IMG/VR virus record: IMGVR_UViG_3300037423_000302
Span: 1-30,773 of that record
Length of the DNA stretch: 30,773 bases
Direction: 5' to 3' (one strand)
Origin: a virus
Taxonomy: Duplodnaviria > Caudoviricetes
Shown here: positions 18,262 through 27,151 of the stretch, piece after piece
Numbering within the stretch: the first letter of the stretch is position 1
Layout of the letters: the number at the start of each line of letters is the position of its first letter
Program-made: the position numbers and the translations under genes
The notes under the pieces: model-generated
Databases searched by the model: none
The model's input: the letters and a program-made list of their open reading frames with translations, nothing else
Told to the model about the DNA's origin: nothing

Positions 18262-18594
18262 ATGGACGTATATCAAGCTATTAAACATTTACATCCAGAT
18301 TTAGATGATGATAAGTTCGTAGTGTACGATGACGGAACAGGGGCAGTTATCCGTAAATGGAATGCTGATGTACCTAAACCTACTGACGATGAATTAAAAG
18401 CGGCATGGGTGGAAGTAGAACCAATTATCACAAAACAAACATCTGACCGAGAAGAAATTGAGAAACTAAAAGAATACCTTAGTTCCACTGATTTTTATTA
18501 CATTCGTCAGATGGAAACTCAAAAATCCATCCCGGTAGATGTAAGACAAAAACGTGTAGCGGCAAGAAATCGTTTAAATGAATTAGGATTATGA
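18262..18594 (+). CDS. XkdW-like tail fibre chaperone
   Basis: AIKHLHPD...FVVYDDGTGAVIRKWN..PKPT..EL resembles XkdW; C-terminal YLSSTD...KRVAAR helix. Confidence 0.75.
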   Translation: MDVYQAIKHLHPDLDDDKFVVYDDGTGAVIRKWNADVPKPTDDELKAAWVEVEPIITKQTSDREEIEKLKEYLSSTDFYYIRQMETQKSIPVDVRQKRVAARNRLNELGL

Positions 18595-18621
18595 GGAAAC
18601 TTCTGTAGTTTCCTCTTTTTT
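18593..18621 (+). terminator. Intrinsic terminator
   Basis: GAGGAAACT-TCTGT-AGTTTCCTC followed by TTTTTT. Confidence 0.85.
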
Positions 18622-18636
18622 CTTAATGTAGTAGTA

Positions 18637-18645
18637 TGCTATAAT
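18637..18645 (+). promoter_or_regulatory. Extended -10 promoter for the ejection-protein module
   Basis: TGCTATAAT directly after a terminator, 40 nt before ATG 18686; no good -35. Confidence 0.55.
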
Positions 18646-18685
18646 AGTTGTAGTTATTACGTGAAAATAATGAGGAGGTACAATA

Positions 18686-20164
18686 ATGAAGCTAAATACG
18701 AATACTTCCGTAGTTGACTGGCTCAAAGCTAATGGGGCAGACTCCAGTTTTCAGAATCGTGCAAAATTAGCCCAGCAATACGGTATTGCTAACAATAACT
18801 ATACAGGTTCCGCTCAACAGAACGTTGCTCTATTAAACTACTTCAAACAGAATGGTCTAAATGCTCCTGCTCCGGCGGCTCCGGCGGCACCCTCTCCGGC
18901 ACCAGTAGCACCCGCTCCTCCACCAAAGCCAACTTTGACGGAAGACCAATTAAGAGATTACTCTTTACGGGCGTTGAATGGTGACCAATCAGCCATCGAC
19001 TTTTTGAAAAACAATGGATTCAGTGCCATGACCGGGCAGAATCTATGGAAAGGCTATGACCCAACTAAGGGATTCGGTTCCCACCAAGCACAGGCTACTT
19101 ACTTGAATGACATGGCAGAAGGTGACTTTGCTAAAAATTTTGATAACGAATGGTATCAGAAATACAATGACATGATTACAGGTAACAAACCAATGGATGA
19201 TTGGGAAGTCAGCTTATATCAAGATATGGTCAGACGTAGAAACTTGGATGACTTTAACAATCCATTTGTCCAGCAGGAAGCACAACTACAAAAAGATAAG
19301 CAAGCGGCATTGGACGCACAGGATGTGGCTCTCAATACTGGTATGGCACGTATGGATGCAAACAGCTTCCAACAGTTCCAACAGTTACAGCAGAACATGG
19401 CTGGACGTGGAATGACCGATTCTGGTATTGCGGCAGACGCATACATGCAAGCACAAATGGCTAACAACCAGAACTATCAGCAAGCATTTGCGGAAGGTGC
19501 CACAGCTAAGAGTGACATTCAAAGTAAATACAACCAAGCAATTGCTGATTCTAAACTTAAAGACTACGCCATGAAAGTTGACATGGATAAAACTAATGCT
19601 GAAAACCAAATTAAACTACAAGAATTGCAGAATGACCAAGACAAATTCCTTACTGAATCCACTGGCAACGTATACCTTAATGGTCAACGTTTAATGATGG
19701 ATGGTAAGCCGCTTACTACCCTAGAATGGGAAAAGCTGTCTGAGGAAAAACGTAGTAACTTGGCAAATGAAGCAATCCAGCAACAGAAAAACGCTTGGGA
19801 TTATCAGCTTGGTCAAGAGAAAAACCAAATTGGCTGGGATTCTAACGCCATCCGTAGACAGCAGATTGCTGTTGATTTGCAAATCCAAACATCCAAAATG
19901 CAACTTGATTATGCAAGACTGGATTACAACTATGCCAAACTGGAATCTGACAATGCGATTGCACAGGACAAGATTCGTGTCATGTCTGACAATGCTCAAA
20001 CATCTGCCGATAAAGCTAAAATTTCCGCTCTGGGGCAACAATTGGATTCCCTTAGTTCCCAGATTACAGCGGCTCAAAAAGCTGGTAAGAAACCATCTGC
20101 TGATATTGTGGCGAAATACAATGATGTGCTTGGACAACTACAAGCATTGTCTGGAAATTTTTAA
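18686..20164 (+). CDS. Internal virion (ejection) protein with N-terminal DUF3597-like domain
   Basis: SVVDWLK..G.DSSF.NRAKLA...YTGSAQQN.AL domain, Pro/Ala linker, then long Q/A-rich helices; ends at slippery A AAT TTT TAA. Confidence 0.75.
   Translation: MKLNTNTSVVDWLKANGADSSFQNRAKLAQQYGIANNNYTGSAQQNVALLNYFKQNGLNAPAPAAPAAPSPAPVAPAPPPKPTLTEDQLRDYSLRALNGDQSAIDFLKNNGFSAMTGQNLWKGYDPTKGFGSHQAQATYLNDMAEGDFAKNFDNEWYQKYNDMITGNKPMDDWEVSLYQDMVRRRNLDDFNNPFVQQEAQLQKDKQAALDAQDVALNTGMARMDANSFQQFQQLQQNMAGRGMTDSGIAADAYMQAQMANNQNYQQAFAEGATAKSDIQSKYNQAIADSKLKDYAMKVDMDKTNAENQIKLQELQNDQDKFLTESTGNVYLNGQRLMMDGKPLTTLEWEKLSEEKRSNLANEAIQQQKNAWDYQLGQEKNQIGWDSNAIRRQQIAVDLQIQTSKMQLDYARLDYNYAKLESDNAIAQDKIRVMSDNAQTSADKAKISALGQQLDSLSSQITAAQKAGKKPSADIVAKYNDVLGQLQALSGNF
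20155..20161 (+). other. -1 programmed frameshift slippery heptamer A AAT TTT
   Basis: In-phase X XXY YYZ immediately before TAA; the -1 frame is open into ORF 20209..20952. Confidence 0.7.
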
Positions 20165-20952
20165 ATAGTGGTGGAGGGAGTGGTGCAAGTGCCGCTATCC
20201 AAGCTGGGATGAAATATATCGGTAAATCCACTTACGTATGGGGTGGGGGACGGACGGCGGCGGACATAGCCGCTGGACGTTTCGATTGTTCTGGATTCGT
20301 AAACTACGCATTCAAACAAGCTGGTATTAACTTGGGTAACGGTAATACGGATACAATTGCGAAGATGGGACAAAAAGTTACTGGCGGATTGCAAGTCGGT
20401 GACATTGTGTTCTTTGATACGTATAAGAAAAATGGTCACGTGGGTATCTACATTGGTAACGGTAAGTTCATAGGTTCTCAGTCATCAACTGGTGTAGCCA
20501 TAGCTGATATGAATAGCGGCTACTGGAAAGACCACTACAAAGGGTACGCTGTTCGTGTAGGCGGTGGTACAGGTGGCGGTACATCTAACCTAGGGAATTT
20601 ACCTAACAGTGGTGGATACACGAACTATACAAAATACGGTAAACAACCATCCAGCTTTAATACACAAATGCAACAGGCAATCAGCCGGGGTGTTCCATTT
20701 GCTGAAGCTAAAGGACTTACTGAACTTATTGGACGAGAATCAAGCTGGAACCCATCAGCTAAGAATCCAAAATCCACAGCCTATGGATACGGACAATTCC
20801 TTAGTTCCACTAGGTCAAGTTATGAGAAGAAAATGAAAATGAGTTATTCTGACCCGGTAAACCAGATTCTTATGACTTATCAGTATGTAAAGGACAGGTA
20901 CGGTTCAGTAGCGGCGGCATTAAAGTTCTGGGATAAAAATAAATGGTACTAG
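20161..20952 (+). CDS. NlpC/P60 peptidase plus lysozyme-fold (SLT-like) domain, probably made as a frameshift extension
   Basis: YVWGG, FDCSGFV, GDIVFF, HVGIYIG (NlpC/P60); RESSWNP, AYGYGQFL, YVKDRYG (transglycosylase-like). No well-spaced SD before ATG 20209. Confidence 0.85.
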   Translation, partial: LNSGGGSGASAAIQAGMKYIGKSTYVWGGGRTAADIAAGRFDCSGFVNYAFKQAGINLGNGNTDTIAKMGQKVTGGLQVGDIVFFDTYKKNGHVGIYIGNGKFIGSQSSTGVAIADMNSGYWKDHYKGYAVRVGGGTGGGTSNLGNLPNSGGYTNYTKYGKQPSSFNTQMQQAISRGVPFAEAKGLTELIGRESSWNPSAKNPKSTAYGYGQFLSSTRSSYEKKMKMSYSDPVNQILMTYQYVKDRYGSVAAALKFWDKNKWY

Positions 20953-20964
20953 GGGTGAATATAC

Positions 20965-23900
20965 ATGGCGGCTTCAAAAGAAATCCAAGCGGCTACTAAT
21001 TCAGCAAATGCTCAAATTGAGGCATTAATGAAGCAACTAGGGGGAATGAGTTATTCACGCCCTAGTTCCTATTCTGGATACCAGTCTGGATATACTCCTG
21101 TAGATAGGAGTTTACCAGATTGGAAACCAGCGGATTTAGATGTCGGTGATTTTATTTCACTGGCAAAGGAAAAGAAAGATGGTAAGAGTAAGGTTAATTT
21201 ATGGGATGTTCTATCTGGAACATTGGGTCAACCATCTGGTCTAGCTACATCTTCTATTTATAACACTGTCAAGACACTTACCGATAAAGATACTCCACTT
21301 TGGAAAAAACTTTTCACTGCCGCAAATCCACTAAATGATGCCATTGGTCAAGCATTGAAAAACGGTGGTAAAGAACAATGGAAAGACTGGAAAGATGGGA
21401 AACTATCTTGGGGTGATGTTCCGGGAGTGGGATTCCTTCATGGTATGGACAAAGGATATAAGCGTGGCGGCGATATCATGAGAGATATTGCTGGCGTTGA
21501 AAACAAATGGGGAGTAATGGGTGGAGGTTTAGCTATTGATATTGCGGCTGACCCGCTTACCTATCTCACCTTAGGTGCGTCTGCGGCAAGTAAAGTCAGT
21601 AAAGCGGCAGAAGCGGCTGAAATGGCTAACCAAGCTAGAAAGCTAGGTCTTAATTCAACTAAGTTCAAAAATGCGGCAGAATTCCAAGCGGCGGCAGAAG
21701 CGAAACTAGCGGAAAGATACGCTAAATATCCTAATCTATCACAGTCAATGGCTAAAGCAAAAGCTGGTACAATGCGTAATGAAATTGCAGAGAAATCAGC
21801 AGAAGCGGCAAGGGCACTGACTCAACGATTGGCAACTAAGAAAACGGATGAAGCCATGCAAGCTATCAATGCGGCGAGAGCAAAAGCATTTAACTCAAAT
21901 GTCAACTCCTTTGGTTTTAGTGTACCGTTCACAAACAAGGTTGGTATTGCTGGACAGTATGGAGAAAAGATGATGGGTGGATTACTCAAGAATCCTCTTT
22001 ATCGGTCAGAAGCTACAGTAGGTAATGATTTAGTAGAGAATTTATTGAAAACGGCAACTGGCGGGGATTCTGCACTAGCTAAACAATTTGAAGACATAGC
22101 TAAAACCAGATTGGGAATCAGTGATATTTCACAGATGACAAAAACTCAATTCGATGAACTACATGAATTCCTACAACCACTAATACAGCAATTGAGTAAG
22201 GGCGGTTTACCAGATGTAGAAGTAGTGTCGAAAATTGTAGAAAATGTCATGCCGCAAGCTGACTTTGACAGGTTAATGACTGAATTCGTAAACCAGAACA
22301 TTCCTTGGAAAGATGTACAAAAACAACTAAATGGATTTATGTCTGTCATAGGTAAAGACCCGGTTTTGCGGGAAACTGCCGGGAAAGTAATGGCTCAAAA
22401 AATAGCTGACTTCTGGGCTAAGAAAGCAATCAGAGCAAGAAAGCCAGCTAATGTATTGGAAAATGCCGCAAAATCAGATTCAATGGGATGGGCTAGTCGT
22501 TTCCTAGGTGGGTCTGGAAAATACCAAACGGTTGAAAATACAGTTAAGGCTGTACATCCAAAAGGCAATCCAACATCTATTGTAGAAGCAAGCGGTCAAA
22601 TTCAGAAACTTGGTCAAGTTCAAAAAGATGGTAGAGCAATCGGCAAAGCCATGGATGACTTAGAAAATACACCTTATGCTAGATTAAGTGACACCAAGAC
22701 TACATTCGAACATTTTCTTGACAGGAATAATCCATTCGATTCCCGGACATTGAACACCAGCGATAAGTTCCTTAACACGATGGGTGACCATATCTCTGAT
22801 GCTCATTCCCAGCGTGTCGGTGAAACTGCTATGTACAGCAAGGATTTATCTCAAATTCAGAAATTTGTTAAAGATGGCGGATATACTGATAAGGAAATGC
22901 AGGAAGCCATTTACGCTTTGGAAAATCATTTCCCTAGTTCCTATGGTAAAAACTACACTCCTACTACAAGAGTACAGGAACTAGCGGATACACTTAAACC
23001 AATCATCCAGCGTATCGGTGACAATGAAACTGCTGGTGGGGTGTTAAGTAAACTAAGAGCAAATTACTTCCCACACGTTCGTAATTTTGAAGGTGACAGC
23101 ATGGAAGCAATTGCCGACTACATGGCACGTAACCGTTCTCTCCTAGGTCTGAAAAGCAACAACGCATTCAACAACGCACGTAAAGGATTCCAGACTTTAG
23201 CTGAAAGAGATAACTACATCGAAAAAGTAAGAAAAGCTATACAAAAGGAGACTGACCCTGCTACAATAGAATCATTAGAGAAACATCTTGAGTCTGTAGC
23301 AAAAATGTTCGATACAAATGTAGTAACCGCTCTTACCCGTCGTGTACGTGAAGGTGTTCGTGCCAAAGCTATGAAAGCCATGCAAGGGGAATTGAGTAAG
23401 TTCGGCATGATGAAAACCATCAAGAAAGGGTCAGGTGAAGCCCCTCCATCTGGATTTAAGAGATTAGAACCAGATGAAGTAAAGAAACTTGGACTACCAG
23501 AAGGTACTCATTATATGCACCCGGAAGTTTTCAAAGCCTTACAGCGAACAGATGAAATCTTCACTAATGAAGGTATGAACAAAGCGGCACGTTTCGTATC
23601 CGCCATTGGTGACATCTGGAGACCACTGGTTACCTACTACAAACCAGCCCACTATATCAACAACATGATTGGTAACACAATCAACAACATGGCGGCTGGA
23701 GTAAAGGTAAGGGATGTTAAAAACGCTAGTAAACTACTGATGAAGTATCGTAAAGGTACACTGAATGATGAAGAAATGAAAATCATCAAAGCGGCATACA
23801 AACACAATGTAATCTCCGGGGGATTTTTATTTGACTCACGACCTACTTTTGAATTCGATAAGCCTTGGGCTATTGAAAAGTTTGCAGAAAAAGTAGGAGA

Positions 23901-24549
23901 TAACAAAGTGGTCAAGAAAATCCGTCATGGCGGGGAAGTCATTGATGATGTATCCCGTTTAGCAAACTTCTTAAATGGCGTTGATAAATTCGGCAGTACA
24001 GCGAAAGCCGCACAGCAAGTACGGAAATACCTGTTCAACTACAACGAATTAACTAACGCAGATAGAGGAATGCGTGTCTTAGTTCCGTTTTGGAACTGGA
24101 TGAAACGTAACATCCCGCTTCAGTTAAAACTACTGCAAGAGACACCGGGATTCGCTTTAAATGTTGAGAGATTCAAAGATTACTGGAATGATGGGGAAAA
24201 AGGTGCAGATTGGCAGAAGGAATCCGGGCTTAAATTTGGTGACTACTACACGACTTTACCTTCTCCTACGAATGATTTAAGTACCGTCTTAAATCCAATG
24301 GATTCCCTAGGTTCGCTTACACCAGCTATTAAAATGCCTATAGAAATGAAAACAAACAAAAGCCTGTTCACAGGTAACCCAATTAGTTACGGTTCAAATG
24401 AACTACAGAATGAGGATATGTTATCCTACATCATGTCTAACTTGGGTATCGGAAACAACGTTTATCAAGGTGTAACTGGTGACAAATCCGCTTTTGAAAA
24501 AATCATGAGTGTGATTAAACCAGTATCCAGAGTGAATCCAAATCAATAG
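20965..24549 (+). CDS. Large internal virion / DNA-ejection protein (1194 aa)
   Basis: Largest, helical, last gene before lysis; DIAADPLTYLTLG, NYFPH and LVPFWNWMKRN segments seen in podovirus ejection proteins. Confidence 0.7.
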   Translation: MAASKEIQAATNSANAQIEALMKQLGGMSYSRPSSYSGYQSGYTPVDRSLPDWKPADLDVGDFISLAKEKKDGKSKVNLWDVLSGTLGQPSGLATSSIYNTVKTLTDKDTPLWKKLFTAANPLNDAIGQALKNGGKEQWKDWKDGKLSWGDVPGVGFLHGMDKGYKRGGDIMRDIAGVENKWGVMGGGLAIDIAADPLTYLTLGASAASKVSKAAEAAEMANQARKLGLNSTKFKNAAEFQAAAEAKLAERYAKYPNLSQSMAKAKAGTMRNEIAEKSAEAARALTQRLATKKTDEAMQAINAARAKAFNSNVNSFGFSVPFTNKVGIAGQYGEKMMGGLLKNPLYRSEATVGNDLVENLLKTATGGDSALAKQFEDIAKTRLGISDISQMTKTQFDELHEFLQPLIQQLSKGGLPDVEVVSKIVENVMPQADFDRLMTEFVNQNIPWKDVQKQLNGFMSVIGKDPVLRETAGKVMAQKIADFWAKKAIRARKPANVLENAAKSDSMGWASRFLGGSGKYQTVENTVKAVHPKGNPTSIVEASGQIQKLGQVQKDGRAIGKAMDDLENTPYARLSDTKTTFEHFLDRNNPFDSRTLNTSDKFLNTMGDHISDAHSQRVGETAMYSKDLSQIQKFVKDGGYTDKEMQEAIYALENHFPSSYGKNYTPTTRVQELADTLKPIIQRIGDNETAGGVLSKLRANYFPHVRNFEGDSMEAIADYMARNRSLLGLKSNNAFNNARKGFQTLAERDNYIEKVRKAIQKETDPATIESLEKHLESVAKMFDTNVVTALTRRVREGVRAKAMKAMQGELSKFGMMKTIKKGSGEAPPSGFKRLEPDEVKKLGLPEGTHYMHPEVFKALQRTDEIFTNEGMNKAARFVSAIGDIWRPLVTYYKPAHYINNMIGNTINNMAAGVKVRDVKNASKLLMKYRKGTLNDEEMKIIKAAYKHNVISGGFLFDSRPTFEFDKPWAIEKFAEKVGDNKVVKKIRHGGEVIDDVSRLANFLNGVDKFGSTAKAAQQVRKYLFNYNELTNADRGMRVLVPFWNWMKRNIPLQLKLLQETPGFALNVERFKDYWNDGEKGADWQKESGLKFGDYYTTLPSPTNDLSTVLNPMDSLGSLTPAIKMPIEMKTNKSLFTGNPISYGSNELQNEDMLSYIMSNLGIGNNVYQGVTGDKSAFEKIMSVIKPVSRVNPNQ

Positions 24550-24561
24550 GAGGAGAAGGGG

Positions 24562-24801
24562 ATGACACATGTGCCTTATAAATGCGAATGTGAGGGGAGG
24601 GTTACCTCCTTGGAAATTCGTATGGCTGTTGCTGAAAGTGATATCAAAAACGTCAGAGAAGACATTTCATCAATCAAGGATGATACAAAATGGCTACGTA
24701 GAGCGATTACAAATGCTCTTATAGTAGGCGGCATTACACTAGCTGTTGGTGTAGTGTCCGCTGTAATAATCTTTATTATGAAGGGAGGAACTATTTCATG
24801 A
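24562..24801 (+). CDS. XhlA-like lysis membrane protein
   Basis: Coiled coil then IKDDTKWLRR and one C-terminal TM helix; first lysis gene. Confidence 0.8.
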   Translation: MTHVPYKCECEGRVTSLEIRMAVAESDIKNVREDISSIKDDTKWLRRAITNALIVGGITLAVGVVSAVIIFIMKGGTIS

Positions 24802-24977
24802 CCAAAACAATGATTGCTCCTATCGTTGCTGTAGTTGCTTTATTCGTCAAAGCTGTATTCAATGTTGAAATCCCAGAAACAGTACAGGCTGATATTGCTA
24901 CGTATATTGTTGGTGGTGTTGCCTTAGTTACAACCGTCATCGGCATTTGGAAGAACCATAGAAAGGGTGAAAAGTAA
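24798..24977 (+). CDS. Holin (59 aa, two TM helices)
   Basis: Not in ORF track. MTKTMIAPIVAVVALFVKAVF...VIGIWKNHRKGEK; GGGAGG SD; ATGA and TAATG overlaps. Confidence 0.85.
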   Translation: MTKTMIAPIVAVVALFVKAVFNVEIPETVQADIATYIVGGVALVTTVIGIWKNHRKGEK

Positions 24978-25819
24978 TGGGCTATGATATAGTATTATCC
25001 TACGGACATGGTGAAGAAACGTATCGTGTAAAACACTCAAAGGGTGTAACTGTAAACGGGGTTCAATATGCAGAGCATACACATAACTACCAAGTTGGTA
25101 CACGTGTAAAGGCTATTGTTGAAAGACATGGGGTGAGTGTTCTTGAGGTACAACCACCTAACGGAGTAGACATACCGCTCAGAATGAGAACAGACAAAGC
25201 GAATGCCGCTAACGTCAAACTCTATTACTCTATTCACTCAAACTCTGGTGCTTCTACTGCACGTGGCTGGTGTGGATTCTACTGGTCTACTTCTGCCGCT
25301 GGCAAACGGATTGCTGAAATTTATGCCCGGAATATGGCGGCTATTGGTCTTCCACTCTATCATGGTGGTACATGGGGGTCTGTGAAAGGAACGTGGAATG
25401 ATTTCCATGAACTAAGGGAGACTCACATGGTTGCCTTACTCACAGAGAACGGATTCATGACTAACCCAGAGGATTTCCAATATATCTTTTTAAACAAGGA
25501 CGGATACTGGGATAGAATGGCTGAAGCACACGCTAAAACCATTCTTGAATACTTGGGTAAGGCTTACATTGAAAAAGCCCCAGAACAGGCTCCTGTGGCT
25601 CCTACGCCTGTGGCTCCATCTGATACATTCAGAATCAAGGTTATCACACAAGACCTATGGTATTATGACCGTCCAGACTGGAACGCTAAAAAGGCTCTTG
25701 TACACGCCGGGGATGTGTTCACTGTAGTTGAGACTCTTGTAGTGAATGGCTCCAAGATGTATAAGCTGAAATCTGGCACATACATCACAGCCAGCCCTAA
25801 ATATGTACAGGTAATGTAA
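24977..25819 (+). CDS. Endolysin, N-acetylmuramoyl-L-alanine amidase (Amidase_3) with C-terminal cell-wall binding domain
   Basis: GHG, EHTHN, SIHSN, LTENGFMTN motifs; Pro/Ala linker; SH3-like tail MYKLKSGTYITA. Confidence 0.92.
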   Translation: MGYDIVLSYGHGEETYRVKHSKGVTVNGVQYAEHTHNYQVGTRVKAIVERHGVSVLEVQPPNGVDIPLRMRTDKANAANVKLYYSIHSNSGASTARGWCGFYWSTSAAGKRIAEIYARNMAAIGLPLYHGGTWGSVKGTWNDFHELRETHMVALLTENGFMTNPEDFQYIFLNKDGYWDRMAEAHAKTILEYLGKAYIEKAPEQAPVAPTPVAPSDTFRIKVITQDLWYYDRPDWNAKKALVHAGDVFTVVETLVVNGSKMYKLKSGTYITASPKYVQVM

Positions 25820-25822
25820 AAC

Positions 25823-25849
25823 AAAAACCCACTCTTATGAGTGGGTTTT
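25823..25849. terminator. Bidirectional terminator between convergent modules
   Basis: AAAACCCACTC-TTAT-GAGTGGGTTTT. Confidence 0.85.
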
Positions 25850-26230
25850 GTCGTACCAGTCAAGGGCACGTTTGGCATAGTCAACCATTTTAACATAGTC
25901 TTCTCTACCATTCTTGTAATTTGCCCTTTGTGCATATTTTATAATGTGACCTAGGGCAAATCCCATGAATACTTCTTTTGGGAATCCCTCTTGTAAAAAT
26001 TTAATGGTGTCAATGTTATGCTGGTGATAATGTTGCGGCTCATTGTATTCTGGATGTGTTGGTGTTGGTGTTGGTGTTTTTGCTAATCCTTTTTTCAAGT
26101 CTTCCCCTAGTTCATAACATGGAATACAAAGTGTTTTACCGTCTGGTAGTAATGCTCTTTTATCCATTAAAGATAGACTACGCTGACATACATAACAAAA
26201 TTTTATTTCTTCACTGAATTGTTTCAGCAT
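25835..26230 (-). CDS. DUF3310 (SaV-like) protein with N-terminal zinc finger
   Basis: PQHY...IDTI...GHIIKY..RA.YKNG.ED..K..Y; N-terminal CYVC...CIPC. Confidence 0.8.
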   Translation of the reverse strand: MLKQFSEEIKFCYVCQRSLSLMDKRALLPDGKTLCIPCYELGEDLKKGLAKTPTPTPTHPEYNEPQHYHQHNIDTIKFLQEGFPKEVFMGFALGHIIKYAQRANYKNGREDYVKMVDYAKRALDWYDKTHS

Positions 26231-26924
26231 GGGCTGAAATCACTCCTCTAAAATTTTTAGATAATGTACAAATTTGTGCGAATGATTGACCATCATAGTG
26301 CATAAGATAAGGCATAAAGCCAGATTTGCGTGGGTCTGGTAAATCACATTGTTCTGGGTCACCAATGAGGATAACATGACAGCTATCATGTATGCGGGTA
26401 AGTATTTTCCTTAGTTCCCGTTTTGTAAGATTTTGTCCTTCATCAATTACTACAACGCAATCCTTTAGGTTACTACCACGCATGTAGTTATGCGAATACG
26501 CATGTACCCAAGGGGCACCTTCTTTGATTGGTTTTGGATTCTTAACCTTGTACTTATTTTTCTTATTCCTTGGTTCCACTTGCTCCTCTTGGTCTTCCTT
26601 TTGATTCAAAGGATTAAAGATAGCTTTGAATGGAATCTCATTAATTTCAGTAAGAGCGTCATACAATGGCTGGAGATATTTAGATTCTTTCGCTTTGATA
26701 TCACCTGTAGAAAATCCCAATGCCTTTTCTTCTACAGTAGGGAAGATGTAATGTAGTTCTTTACCAAGTAGTTTTGCTACACCTACAGCAACCGTTGTTT
26801 TACCACTACCAGATACCGCATGACATCCTGTAAACAAATTATCATGGCATGAATCGGCATAAAACTTTTGTTCATCTGTCAATCGTAAACCAAAGAATAA
26901 TTCTGCGGATTTAGGTAGCGGCAT
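26211..26924 (-). CDS. phoH: PhoH-family ATPase
   Basis: AVSGSGKT, LGFSTGD, YLQPLYDAL, YMRG, IDEGQN, ILTRI, GDPEQCD. Confidence 0.92.
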   Translation of the reverse strand: MPLPKSAELFFGLRLTDEQKFYADSCHDNLFTGCHAVSGSGKTTVAVGVAKLLGKELHYIFPTVEEKALGFSTGDIKAKESKYLQPLYDALTEINEIPFKAIFNPLNQKEDQEEQVEPRNKKNKYKVKNPKPIKEGAPWVHAYSHNYMRGSNLKDCVVVIDEGQNLTKRELRKILTRIHDSCHVILIGDPEQCDLPDPRKSGFMPYLMHYDGQSFAQICTLSKNFRGVISAHAETIQ

Positions 26925-27139
26925 TAATCTTCATCCTCCTCAAAGTCTTCCTCAATAACCATCATTTCTACTTCTCCACCCATCATTAGGTGAAAGTGTA
27001 AAATCAAATCCATTACAATGTCAGTAATATCAAGAATTTCATCTTCTGCTGGAGCGTAACCCATTTCAACCAATGATTCAAACAAATGCTGTGCTACTTC
27101 ATCATACGTAAAGATAACATCTTTGGGTTGCTCTGACAT
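26924..27139 (-). CDS. YozD-like small acidic protein
   Basis: EVAQHLFESLVEMGYAPAEDEILDITDI matches my recollection of the Bacillus YozD pattern (EIA.FF..EL..RGY.P.E.E...IADI). Confidence 0.65.
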   Translation of the reverse strand: MSEQPKDVIFTYDEVAQHLFESLVEMGYAPAEDEILDITDIVMDLILHFHLMMGGEVEMMVIEEDFEEDED

Positions 27140-27151
27140 TGGTAACTCCCC

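Noticed and set aside
20965-24549. 1194-aa protein as tape measure or virion RNA polymerase
   Set aside because: No tail tube or chaperone genes nearby and no polymerase catalytic motifs seen; an ejection protein fits better.
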